The notes beneath the pieces are model-generated. The model was not told the DNA's origin, ran no database searches, and saw nothing but the letters and a program-made list of their open reading frames with translations. Source: a virus. From it: a stretch of DNA of 64,000 bases. Within the stretch, counting starts at the first letter, position 1, and each line of letters starts with the position of its first letter. Positions 17,892 through 26,695 of this stretch are shown piece by piece. Both the position numbers and the translations under genes were made by a program. The stretch covers positions 32,001 to 96,000 of IMG/VR virus record IMGVR_UViG_3300042898_006156; one strand, given 5' to 3'.

Positions 17892-20426
17892 TTATAATTT
17901 TTCTGGATCTGGAACAAATCCAAAAATACCCTCGTCAATTCCCATCAATAATTTTCTCAACTCTTTCAAATCAGCAGGCATATTTCCGCTTTCTATAGCA
18001 TTTTTGAGTCTTTCAAATTGTTGTATTTTTTCGAAATGTTCTTTTTCAGATAAAATTTCATCAACTCTTGATTTGAAAAGTTTCAATGGAGAATTTTCTA
18101 ATGTAGCCAAATCTCTTTGATTAGCTTCTATCATTTTTTGAGCAGAAATCTTTTGTTCTGTTGATGAGTTAGGACTTAAAATTATTCTTGAAGCATTGTC
18201 TATATTGTTTTTGATGCTTTCAACATAGTCATGGTGTTCTTTTATGGTTTTTCTGTCAAACCCAGCTTTGCCAACAAATTCTTTTTTTGCTTGCTTTACT
18301 GCATTTTGTAATTTGTAATGTAAAATTGCAGAATCAATTGCACGAATACATTTTCTTTTATCATCATTTACAATCATCTTGCGAAATTCTGGGTTATCAA
18401 GATTTGCTTGCAATTCAAAATCTACACTATTTTCAATCATCTTTTTAGCTTTACAAAAATTGTTTGTATTGCTACAGCCTGGATAAGAATAGATAATATT
18501 TTTTTCGTCTAATTTCTGGGCAATTGAATTGAATGGAATTTTTAAGTCTTCTTTTTCAAAACTCAAAGCTTCAGTACCCACAATATGAGCAAGTGTAGAG
18601 TAAGTTCTTTTTTTCCATAATGTTTTAAGTTTATATATGTTTCCTATTCTTGTTTTGACACCAGGTACAAGAGGCTCATATTCTTTCATCACTTCACCAG
18701 TTTGAGTACTAATTTTTGGTGGAGGAGTAAACACATTGCCATCAGGATCTAACCAAGGTTTACCCTGGTCTATAATTGTTTTAATATCATCACTATCATA
18801 GCCAAAATATTCTCCAACAAACATTACTTTTGACTTTATAACTGGCTGAAAATTAATTGGATCGATATATTCTAAAACATCTACATATATCATAAAATCT
18901 ATATCAAAATTATTGGCATTAGTTGGACAGTCAGTAGGAATAGGAACTAAAACTTGGTAAGGAATAGCATCAATACCAAATTGCTCTCTTAAAATTTGAA
19001 TAATTTTTGCTTCTTGTTTGGACCTAGTTGTAAGTCCTAAAGCATCATAATTTGGATCAGGAAAATGATTAGAAGATTCTAAAGAATCACTCAACTCTGT
19101 CAAACCTATATCTCTCAAATCACTCCTAAATTGAGTAAGATTACCCTTACAAATACTTACAAAATAAAATCTAATAGCTAAACCTGCTGGGTCTAATGGT
19201 AAAGAATCAGAATGGACTATTTTTGCTAATCCCGGACCATCATAACCTTCTTGAATAAATTCGTAAAGTCTATCTTTTGCGTAGTTGTCTCTTAATGTCA
19301 TTTGAGAGCGTTTAATGAAGTTAACTCTTTTGTCTACTTCAAATGGAATATTTCTGACATCTTGCCCAGGAAAATTTTCTTCAAGGTATTTCATTTCTGA
19401 TGGTGATAAAAAGGGTAAACCTGTACTTGGATCAAATTCTGGTCTGAAAATTCTATAATATGTATTTCTCAATTCTGTACTTCTAAAACCAGTTTGTTTT
19501 ATGACTTCTGGTTTTTCAACTTTTATCTCTTCTATTAATCCAGCGTTCTTAATCATTTCATATAAGTTAAAATTCACTGGATGGTCTATCAATTTCTTCC
19601 ATCTAGCAATTTCTTCTTCATTCATTTTTCCAGATAATGCAAGAATTTTTGTCCAACCACTTTCACCTTTGACATTGGTTTTTTTAACTAGCTTCTGCAC
19701 TTCTTCGTTTATTGCTTCTACGTTTTGAATAACTGTTGGATCAGTAAACTTTGATGGCAGTGGGCTTTTAGATGTCTTTCTTCTGTCTGGGAATAAAATC
19801 TTAAGTGCTTCAACAGGTGTGTTAGTAACCATCACTAATAAATCATTTTCATCAAAATTAGGTATCTGTAAGGCACGACTCTTGATTTCTTTAAATTCAT
19901 CAATAATTTCATTGATTTCTTTTTGAACTTCTTTTGAAATCCAGGTTTTTATAGAAGCGATTTGATCTGGATCTTGATAATCTGGTAGTCTTCCTAAAAT
20001 TTCAGTGGCTTCAGGAGTATTTCTTTTTGATGTTCTACTTAACTCAATCAATTCTGGAATAAATACTTGATTGACACGCTCTAATAATTTCTTGATGATA
20101 ATCTCTGAAACTTGATTTTGATCTAAACCTGTTTGCTCTAATTGTTCTTTGATAGTACAAGCTGATTGAATTAAAGTAGTGATGTTACTTCTGTATTTTT
20201 CAAGGAACTCAAATTGTTGTGGTACACCTGATACTTTTGTTTCTGCTAATAATTTGTATGCAGCCTCAATGCCAATTTCTCCAGCTGCTAATTTTTCACC
20301 AATTTCTCTATCAAGGTATTCAGAAATATAGGCAGCTTTTTCTTCAACTGTTCTTCCTGGAATGTCTTCAGGAGATACTTTAGTGGATAAATCTGCAGCT
20401 AATACGTGTTTGTTTAAATTGAACAT
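17892..20426 (-). CDS. Large protein with a central Vsr/PD-(D/E)XK-like endonuclease motif
   Basis: RSKQEAKIIQIL...FDIDF...VGEYFG...YKLK..WKK.TY; N-terminus MFNLNKHVLAA. Confidence 0.6.
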   Translation of the reverse strand: MFNLNKHVLAADLSTKVSPEDIPGRTVEEKAAYISEYLDREIGEKLAAGEIGIEAAYKLLAETKVSGVPQQFEFLEKYRSNITTLIQSACTIKEQLEQTGLDQNQVSEIIIKKLLERVNQVFIPELIELSRTSKRNTPEATEILGRLPDYQDPDQIASIKTWISKEVQKEINEIIDEFKEIKSRALQIPNFDENDLLVMVTNTPVEALKILFPDRRKTSKSPLPSKFTDPTVIQNVEAINEEVQKLVKKTNVKGESGWTKILALSGKMNEEEIARWKKLIDHPVNFNLYEMIKNAGLIEEIKVEKPEVIKQTGFRSTELRNTYYRIFRPEFDPSTGLPFLSPSEMKYLEENFPGQDVRNIPFEVDKRVNFIKRSQMTLRDNYAKDRLYEFIQEGYDGPGLAKIVHSDSLPLDPAGLAIRFYFVSICKGNLTQFRSDLRDIGLTELSDSLESSNHFPDPNYDALGLTTRSKQEAKIIQILREQFGIDAIPYQVLVPIPTDCPTNANNFDIDFMIYVDVLEYIDPINFQPVIKSKVMFVGEYFGYDSDDIKTIIDQGKPWLDPDGNVFTPPPKISTQTGEVMKEYEPLVPGVKTRIGNIYKLKTLWKKRTYSTLAHIVGTEALSFEKEDLKIPFNSIAQKLDEKNIIYSYPGCSNTNNFCKAKKMIENSVDFELQANLDNPEFRKMIVNDDKRKCIRAIDSAILHYKLQNAVKQAKKEFVGKAGFDRKTIKEHHDYVESIKNNIDNASRIILSPNSSTEQKISAQKMIEANQRDLATLENSPLKLFKSRVDEILSEKEHFEKIQQFERLKNAIESGNMPADLKELRKLLMGIDEGIFGFVPDPEKL

Positions 20427-20536
20427 AAATAAAATCCAAATTAGAGATATGATTACTTTTCTTTTTTAGGAGTTTTCAGCCCTTTATATCTAGAATATTA
20501 AAGCTAGTTTAACGTTAGTCCTTGGAGGGTTTAACA

Positions 20537-21382
20537 ATGGCGTTCTCTCTTAAGTTATTTGCTGTGATCAAATGTTTGATTGCGGCTTTATTTATTTTAA
20601 ATTCTCAACAAACATCTTATTTGTTATACTTGAACAACCCAGAAACAATTAATAAGTCAGGAGTACTGCACGATAAAAAATATACACAAAATACAAGAGT
20701 GAGATATTTTGTTCATTATAAGAATGGAACAGATAAGCCACAAAAGTTTTATATGAATTCTGATCTTAAAGTGAAGTCATTGAAAAAATCTTTTAATGCT
20801 CACTATTTGCCTGACAGAGCGGGAGCATATTCGATTAAAAATTTCTTTACAGCCAAACAAAATACTGCTCCTCTTAATGTCTACTGCAAATTAGATCCAG
20901 AAGAAACTATATCTGGCATCATTGAGGGCGAATTTCAACAAAATGACCGGGTCATATGTAGATTAGGTGTAGAGAACAACCCAATAAATTACCTTGATGT
21001 TTTGCAGTTAGATTATAAACTAGAAAAATCTCTTGATGTTTATATGAAAATTCCATCATCAGTTGTTATTGGAGAAAAGATTGAAGGCACAGTTTTAGGT
21101 CAGTATGGTTCTGATATAAAGCTCACTGTAATTCCTCACAAATCAGGAATTATGAAGATGTCTTTCTCTCCTCGTGGTGGTGACGGATTGCTTGTATTTT
21201 CACATAAGGGTAAAATTACAATGACTGAATTTGTATCTGTCAAAAAAGAATCAGATGTATTTCATCTTAAGGTAGAAAAGAATGTACCTGAAGTATTTAC
21301 ATTCATTCCTATTGGTGGATTGAATTACCCAATAAAGATAAATTTCAATCTTTATGATTTTACTGACAAAAATATAGCATAG
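20537..21382 (+). CDS. Putative secreted/membrane-anchored beta-rich protein
   Basis: N-terminal hydrophobic signal; LNNPE, G.YG and PRGG motifs; GGAGG SD. Confidence 0.6.
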   Translation: MAFSLKLFAVIKCLIAALFILNSQQTSYLLYLNNPETINKSGVLHDKKYTQNTRVRYFVHYKNGTDKPQKFYMNSDLKVKSLKKSFNAHYLPDRAGAYSIKNFFTAKQNTAPLNVYCKLDPEETISGIIEGEFQQNDRVICRLGVENNPINYLDVLQLDYKLEKSLDVYMKIPSSVVIGEKIEGTVLGQYGSDIKLTVIPHKSGIMKMSFSPRGGDGLLVFSHKGKITMTEFVSVKKESDVFHLKVEKNVPEVFTFIPIGGLNYPIKINFNLYDFTDKNIA

Positions 21383-21390
21383 GAAACAAG

Positions 21391-21861
21391 ATGGAAGAAC
21401 GAAAAGTTGCTGGCGTAATTGTTGATGAAATGACAGCTGAAGCACAAACAAGAGCTGCTATGGATGAACTTATGGGAGTGGATAGTGATTCCCATAATAT
21501 GAAGTTTGAGAAGATGTATGTTGTCAGAGATGGAGAAACAATCGAAATTGAAGTTCCAGTAGATGACATTGATCTTCTTGATGATATGGATGATGATGAT
21601 CTGACTGAAGAAGGTGAGAGGTCATTAGGAATTATTGATGCTGGTTTTGATACAACAACCAATGAATCTGCATCAAAGAAAAATCGTGATCGTATGGCTG
21701 TAGTTGATGTTGTAATGAATACCAAGGAAGACCAACCAAATATTGTCTGCCCGTATACCGGAAGCACAGATGTTTACCAAGTTAATTCTTCCACTTGGGC
21801 TAGCTACGAAACAGATCAACCATTTTTAGTCAGAGTGCAAATGAACGATGAGGAAGACTAA
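21391..21861 (+). CDS. Acidic hypothetical protein
   Basis: AGGA SD; C-terminal CPYTGS ribbon-like motif. Confidence 0.7.
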   Translation: MEERKVAGVIVDEMTAEAQTRAAMDELMGVDSDSHNMKFEKMYVVRDGETIEIEVPVDDIDLLDDMDDDDLTEEGERSLGIIDAGFDTTTNESASKKNRDRMAVVDVVMNTKEDQPNIVCPYTGSTDVYQVNSSTWASYETDQPFLVRVQMNDEED

Positions 21862-21872
21862 TCTTCCTCATC
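21847..21872. repeat. 11-bp inverted repeat formed by the ends of two convergent genes
   Basis: gatgaggaaga-ctaa-tcttcctcatc. Confidence 0.85.
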
Positions 21873-22088
21873 CTCTAAAATAATTCCAAATCCAAGTTTA
21901 GATTTATCTTCTAATACTTGGATTTCTTTTTTTAAATCACCAATCTCTTCACTAAGATTGTTCATTTGATTTTTGATATCTTTAAAATGTTTGCTGAATG
22001 AAAGAAACAAATCTCCGAGAATTTCACCTAATTCTTCATTAGAAACACTTTCTTTAGACAATATTTCTTCTAATCTTACTTGAGTCAT
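21858..22088 (-). CDS. Small coiled-coil protein
   Basis: 76-aa ORF ending EDEED. Confidence 0.6.
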   Translation of the reverse strand: MTQVRLEEILSKESVSNEELGEILGDLFLSFSKHFKDIKNQMNNLSEEIGDLKKEIQVLEDKSKLGFGIILEDEED

Positions 22089-22285
22089 TATCCTCTCCTT
22101 AATTTCGGCTTTGGATATGATGAATTATTATCTGATTGTGGCGAGTTCATAATCATAGTGAGAATTTCATCAAGTTTCAATTTGCCTTTTCTTGCTTCGT
22201 CTGATTCTAAAGCTGCTTCAGTCAATATTGCTCGTAAATCGTATAATTCAGTAAGTAGCATATCCCGATCAATACTTATTTTCAC
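22088..22285 (-). CDS. Hypothetical protein (start uncertain: GTG 22285 or ATG 22261)
   Basis: GGAGG upstream of the GTG; coupled to the downstream gene. Confidence 0.5.
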   Translation of the reverse strand: MKISIDRDMLLTELYDLRAILTEAALESDEARKGKLKLDEILTMIMNSPQSDNNSSYPKPKLRRG

Positions 22286-22296
22286 ATTCCCCTCCA

Positions 22297-22782
22297 ATGA
22301 AGAAGCCAGCACAATATAGATTTTCACAAATTAACAATGAGCTCCTATGCTGTTTGGCTAGTCCTGGCATTTTATCAGAAACAAAATTTGTTTTTACGAA
22401 TGATTATGAGATAAAAATACCCAGTACATTATTTGTAGACAACAAGGGAACGACATTTAGAAAAATATGTGATAACTATAAAGACTTCAATAATCAAACA
22501 TATTTAAAATTTAGAAAAATAGAACTTGACATTACAGTTGATTTTTTCATTCCATATTTTAAATCTACAGAATTTCTTTGTATGAGCTGCAATAAATTAC
22601 ATAATGGTAAGACAAACAAATGTTGTCCAATGACTAATAATCCTGTAAAGTTAATCAAAGCGGAATTGTATAAAATTGAGATTCCTAATGTGTTCGATAT
22701 TCCTCATTCTATTGTTAGATCCAGAGCTGAATTTATAGACTTGCATTTTCCAGATATATTGTCTACAATGCTAGTGAGATGA
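22297..22782 (+). CDS. Hypothetical protein with a CxxC...CC motif
   Basis: CMSC...KCCP; overlaps the start of the next gene. Confidence 0.55.
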   Translation: MKKPAQYRFSQINNELLCCLASPGILSETKFVFTNDYEIKIPSTLFVDNKGTTFRKICDNYKDFNNQTYLKFRKIELDITVDFFIPYFKSTEFLCMSCNKLHNGKTNKCCPMTNNPVKLIKAELYKIEIPNVFDIPHSIVRSRAEFIDLHFPDILSTMLVR

Positions 22783-23906
22783 ATAGACAAATAAAATCAA
22801 TTCGAATTCAAGACTTTCAAAATCACCAAGATACTTTCTTTGAATTAAAACCTGGTCTGAATATAATCACAGGCAGTTCTGATAATGGTAAGTCAGCAAT
22901 TTCAAGAAGTTTACACCTTGCTTTTTTAGACTCTTTCAGAAAATACGATGTTAGAGAAGGTCAGAAAAATGCAAAAGTGTCAATTACATACAATAATGGT
23001 GATTGGTATTCTCGTACAAAAGGCGATACGAATGAAATAGAATATCAAAGAGAAGGCCAAGAAAAAGTAAAGCACTCTAGATTTTCAAAAAATATTCCAA
23101 CTGATGTTACAGAATTTCTTGGTCATATCCCTAAGACTTTATCTGGCGCACTTCCTTTAGCTAACCAAGAAGAAAAGTTTTTTCTTGTAACCTTAACCGA
23201 CGAAGCATTACCTAAAGAAATATCACGTTTGCTTGGAATTGATGACTTAGAAGAAGCTGCTTCATTACTTGGATCTGATGTCAATAAGATTTCAGGAGAT
23301 ATCAAGAAAGTAGTTTGTGAAATTGAAAGCACTAAAGAAAAACTTGAACCGTATGAAAATCTTGATCAAAAGATTAAAAACTTAAATGAATTCAAGGAAA
23401 TGATTGCGGAATACGAAGCACTTGAAAAAGAAATTAAAGACATAAACGATCTTTGTGCTGAGTATCAAAAGATTGGCAAGCAATATGCTGATTGCAAGGC
23501 TGAAAAAGAAAAATCTGAAAAATTATTCCAATTTCTTTCTGATAATATTCCTGTATTAGAAAAGCAATTTAATGAAATTTCTGATGGTCTTATTTTAAAT
23601 GAGAACATCCTTAAAACACGGGAACAATTCAAAATCACAAAAGAAAAATACAACGTCTTTTATGAAATTGCTGAAGGTGTAATAGGCACTCTAATTTCAG
23701 GATGTGTAAATGAACATACAATCCTAGATGAAATAATCAATCTTGATGATGATTTTAATGAAATTTCTTTGGATATTGATACAAAAAACAATGCAATTCA
23801 AAGTCAAAATAATATCATTGAAGATTGCGATACAAATATCAAAGAACTTGAGCAATACTTGAAAGATAATTTTGAAGTTTGTGATGTTTGTGGAAACGTA
23901 AAATGA
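22779..23906 (+). CDS. sbcC: SbcC/Rad50-like ATPase, N-terminal half
   Basis: IRIQDFQNH, Walker A GSSDNGKS, Q-loop, coiled coil, terminal CDVC zinc hook; no Walker B. Confidence 0.8.
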   Translation: MNRQIKSIRIQDFQNHQDTFFELKPGLNIITGSSDNGKSAISRSLHLAFLDSFRKYDVREGQKNAKVSITYNNGDWYSRTKGDTNEIEYQREGQEKVKHSRFSKNIPTDVTEFLGHIPKTLSGALPLANQEEKFFLVTLTDEALPKEISRLLGIDDLEEAASLLGSDVNKISGDIKKVVCEIESTKEKLEPYENLDQKIKNLNEFKEMIAEYEALEKEIKDINDLCAEYQKIGKQYADCKAEKEKSEKLFQFLSDNIPVLEKQFNEISDGLILNENILKTREQFKITKEKYNVFYEIAEGVIGTLISGCVNEHTILDEIINLDDDFNEISLDIDTKNNAIQSQNNIIEDCDTNIKELEQYLKDNFEVCDVCGNVK

Positions 23907-24889
23907 ATAACCTTATCAAACAAAATAAAGTGATGTTTGTAGGTGATATCCACTTGATGGATAAGCAACCTAAAAACAGACTTGATGATTATAGTTTGGC
24001 AATTAGAACCAAACTCATTGAATGCTTTACAGTTGCTGAAGAAAAGAAAGTTGACGCTGTAGTCCTTCTTGGTGATTTATTCGAAGTTTATGAAGTTGGC
24101 CCACTTCTTCGTAATCAAACTTTAGATATTCTTAAAGGTGGTCCTAATGGCAACAAACCTTGGTCATTTCCTATCTATGTTTGTGTAGGAAACCACGATC
24201 TTGATAGTTCATCTAATCTTGAAAAAACAGCCCTTGGAACTCTTATTTCTGCTGGTTATTTGATCAAAACAGACTACGAACCAACATTAGGAATTTCATT
24301 CGCTCATTATCATCCTTCATTAGATAGAGATATTAAGGCTGGACACTTAACTACTTCACCAGCAATTATCTGGGTTTGTCACGCTTCTATTTCAAATAAA
24401 CTTGATCGCTTTGGAGAATATACTTTTCTTTTTGAAGACACTCCATTGCATCCTAATACTTCTTTGGTTATTTCAGGGCATATTCACCACGAAATGAAGC
24501 AAACTAGAAGTGATGGTAAGCGTTTTATCAACCCAGGTGCAATTAGTCGTTATTCTGCATCAAGAGACAATTTAGAGAAAGATATTGAAATTCTTATCCT
24601 AGATTACACTCTTGATGGTGAAATTCTCAATGAAGAATATCTCAAGCTTAAATCTGCAAAGCCAGCTAGTGAAGTTTTCAAGTTAGATGAAATAAAGGCT
24701 GCTAAAGATTTGAAAAAAGATACTTTAGAATTTAAGATAAAAGTTGCCCAAATGAGAACTCACACTTGGCAATTTACATCTTTGGATGATAAACTAGCTG
24801 CTTTAAAGGTAATGGCAGAACAATCAGAAATTGGTGAAGAAATTACTAACATTGTTGTAGATGCTGTTAAAAAGGTAAATGAAAAATGA
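23903..24889 (+). CDS. sbcD: SbcD/Mre11-like metallophosphoesterase nuclease
   Basis: GDIH, LLGDLF, VGNHD, SGHIH, NPGA motifs. Confidence 0.85.
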   Translation: MNNLIKQNKVMFVGDIHLMDKQPKNRLDDYSLAIRTKLIECFTVAEEKKVDAVVLLGDLFEVYEVGPLLRNQTLDILKGGPNGNKPWSFPIYVCVGNHDLDSSSNLEKTALGTLISAGYLIKTDYEPTLGISFAHYHPSLDRDIKAGHLTTSPAIIWVCHASISNKLDRFGEYTFLFEDTPLHPNTSLVISGHIHHEMKQTRSDGKRFINPGAISRYSASRDNLEKDIEILILDYTLDGEILNEEYLKLKSAKPASEVFKLDEIKAAKDLKKDTLEFKIKVAQMRTHTWQFTSLDDKLAALKVMAEQSEIGEEITNIVVDAVKKVNEK

Positions 24890-25140
24890 CCGCTCAAGAA
24901 ATTTTAGATCAAATCGAATCATACAAGAACAAGAAAGGTAAAGCAGAAGGCAGAGTTCAAACCTTGACTGAACAACTTGATGCTTTAGAAGTTGACTTTC
25001 AAACACTTGTAGATACCTGTGAAGAGAAGTTTGGTTGTAAGCCAAAAGATCTTAAAAAACTTATGGCTACGAAACAATCTGAATTAGAAGCTAAACTTCA
25101 AGAAATTGAAGAGAAACTCCAAGAGCTCACAGGAGAATAA
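24886..25140 (+). CDS. Small coiled-coil protein within the sbcCD cluster
   Basis: Heptad-rich 84 aa; coupled translation. Confidence 0.7.
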   Translation: MTAQEILDQIESYKNKKGKAEGRVQTLTEQLDALEVDFQTLVDTCEEKFGCKPKDLKKLMATKQSELEAKLQEIEEKLQELTGE

Positions 25141-25142
25141 TC

Positions 25143-25856
25143 TTGGACTTATTAGAAATCAAGAAAGAGTGCAACAAAATTGAAAGAAACTTGATTGCAC
25201 TCGAAATTGAAAGAAACGCCCTTGCAGCCCTTTTAGAAGAACAAGAACTTAAATTGCTAGAACTTGAAACTAAAAAAGATCATAATAAAAAGGGGCAGAT
25301 ATTTTTACGTATGAAAGCTGCTGACACTAGAGTTCAAGCCCTTGCATCTATTGAAGAAATCGTCACCGCAGCATTAAAAGAAATGTATGGTGAAGACTAT
25401 GTATTCTCTTTGGAATTGAAAGAAGTAAGTAGCAAAGAAGGCGAAAACACTGGTCTATTTACTATCTTACCTTGTGTTGAGAAATTGCATGATGGCAAAA
25501 GATCTAAGCGCCCAATCAAGGGTTCTAATGGTGGAGGCTTGATGGAGATTGTTAGTGTCCTCTTGCGTTTTGCATTTGGAACCTACAACAACTATGATAG
25601 TGTTTACGTACTTGATGAAGCATTCTCTGCTGTTTCTAAAGATGGAATAATGGGACAATTGCTCATATTTTTAGACAGATATATTGCCGAATTAGGATTG
25701 CAAGTGATATTAATTACCCATTCTGCTGAAAGTTTTTCTCAAATTTCTGCACAGAATTATCTTGTTTATAAAGAGGATGGTATTGCTAAGATCAAACTTG
25801 CATCTAGAGATGATATCCTTGAAATGCAAAGTTTGGCTATAAGCGCAAAAAAATGA
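25143..25856 (+). CDS. SbcC/Rad50-like ATPase, C-terminal half
   Basis: Coiled coil, signature-like SNGGG, Walker B YVLDEAFSAV, H-loop LITH. Confidence 0.8.
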   Translation: MDLLEIKKECNKIERNLIALEIERNALAALLEEQELKLLELETKKDHNKKGQIFLRMKAADTRVQALASIEEIVTAALKEMYGEDYVFSLELKEVSSKEGENTGLFTILPCVEKLHDGKRSKRPIKGSNGGGLMEIVSVLLRFAFGTYNNYDSVYVLDEAFSAVSKDGIMGQLLIFLDRYIAELGLQVILITHSAESFSQISAQNYLVYKEDGIAKIKLASRDDILEMQSLAISAKK

Positions 25857-26695
25857 AAACAGTAAAAGATCCCACTTATGATTTCGTAAAAGGTATTTAT
25901 ATGCAACACGTTCCTCTACAATCTGAATTGGTCAACCCATTTCAAGCTAATAAACGTCAGCGTAAAAAGCCTGTAGTTAAGACACTCAAAGAAGCACCTG
26001 AAGATCTTAAGGATTGGACTGCCAAGCACTTCACTGACTATTTTTTAAATGAATACAAGAAAGCATTTGATGGGGTCTATCGAGTCACTTACACATCTGA
26101 CAATAAAATCATCAACATAATTGCTGATTTTATGGAAGACAATAAGTTAGACAAGAATGAATGGACCAAGAAATTTATTGATTGGTGCTTCACAAACAAG
26201 ACTGTGATTATGCAAAGGTCAGGACATTTCTTACTTATGGAATTTCCTCACTATTTGAATCGTTATTATCAAGACATAATCAACACAAGTAGTACCACTC
26301 CTCTTATTGATATCTATGATGAAGTAAAGAATTTGGCAAAGCTTGGTAGGTCCAAAGAATTGTTTTCAAAGTTTGGAATTCCTATTGTTTGCTCTTACTA
26401 CGCTAATACACAAAATATTAGCAAAGAAGATTTTACCTCTGGCTTGAATCAACTTTTCTTGACACTCTCTAAAGGTAATGCTGAAGAAAAGAAACTGATT
26501 GCTGATACTTTCCAAAAATCTGTTTCTAGATCACCATATCTTCCTGAATTTGAAATGCTTGATTGGCGTGAAATTTTTATTAAATACACTGCTAAATACA
26601 AGGAAGAAACCTGGTGGAGAGATGAAGATTATCCAGGTAATCCAAGATTTCAATTCGATAAGTTTATAAATGGACAGCAATCAAACAATAGATGA
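25853..26695 (+). CDS. Hypothetical protein in the replication operon (possible initiator/loader partner)
   Basis: Position upstream of the AAA/DnaC/DnaB genes; function inferred from context only. Confidence 0.6.
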   Translation: MKTVKDPTYDFVKGIYMQHVPLQSELVNPFQANKRQRKKPVVKTLKEAPEDLKDWTAKHFTDYFLNEYKKAFDGVYRVTYTSDNKIINIIADFMEDNKLDKNEWTKKFIDWCFTNKTVIMQRSGHFLLMEFPHYLNRYYQDIINTSSTTPLIDIYDEVKNLAKLGRSKELFSKFGIPIVCSYYANTQNISKEDFTSGLNQLFLTLSKGNAEEKKLIADTFQKSVSRSPYLPEFEMLDWREIFIKYTAKYKEETWWRDEDYPGNPRFQFDKFINGQQSNNR

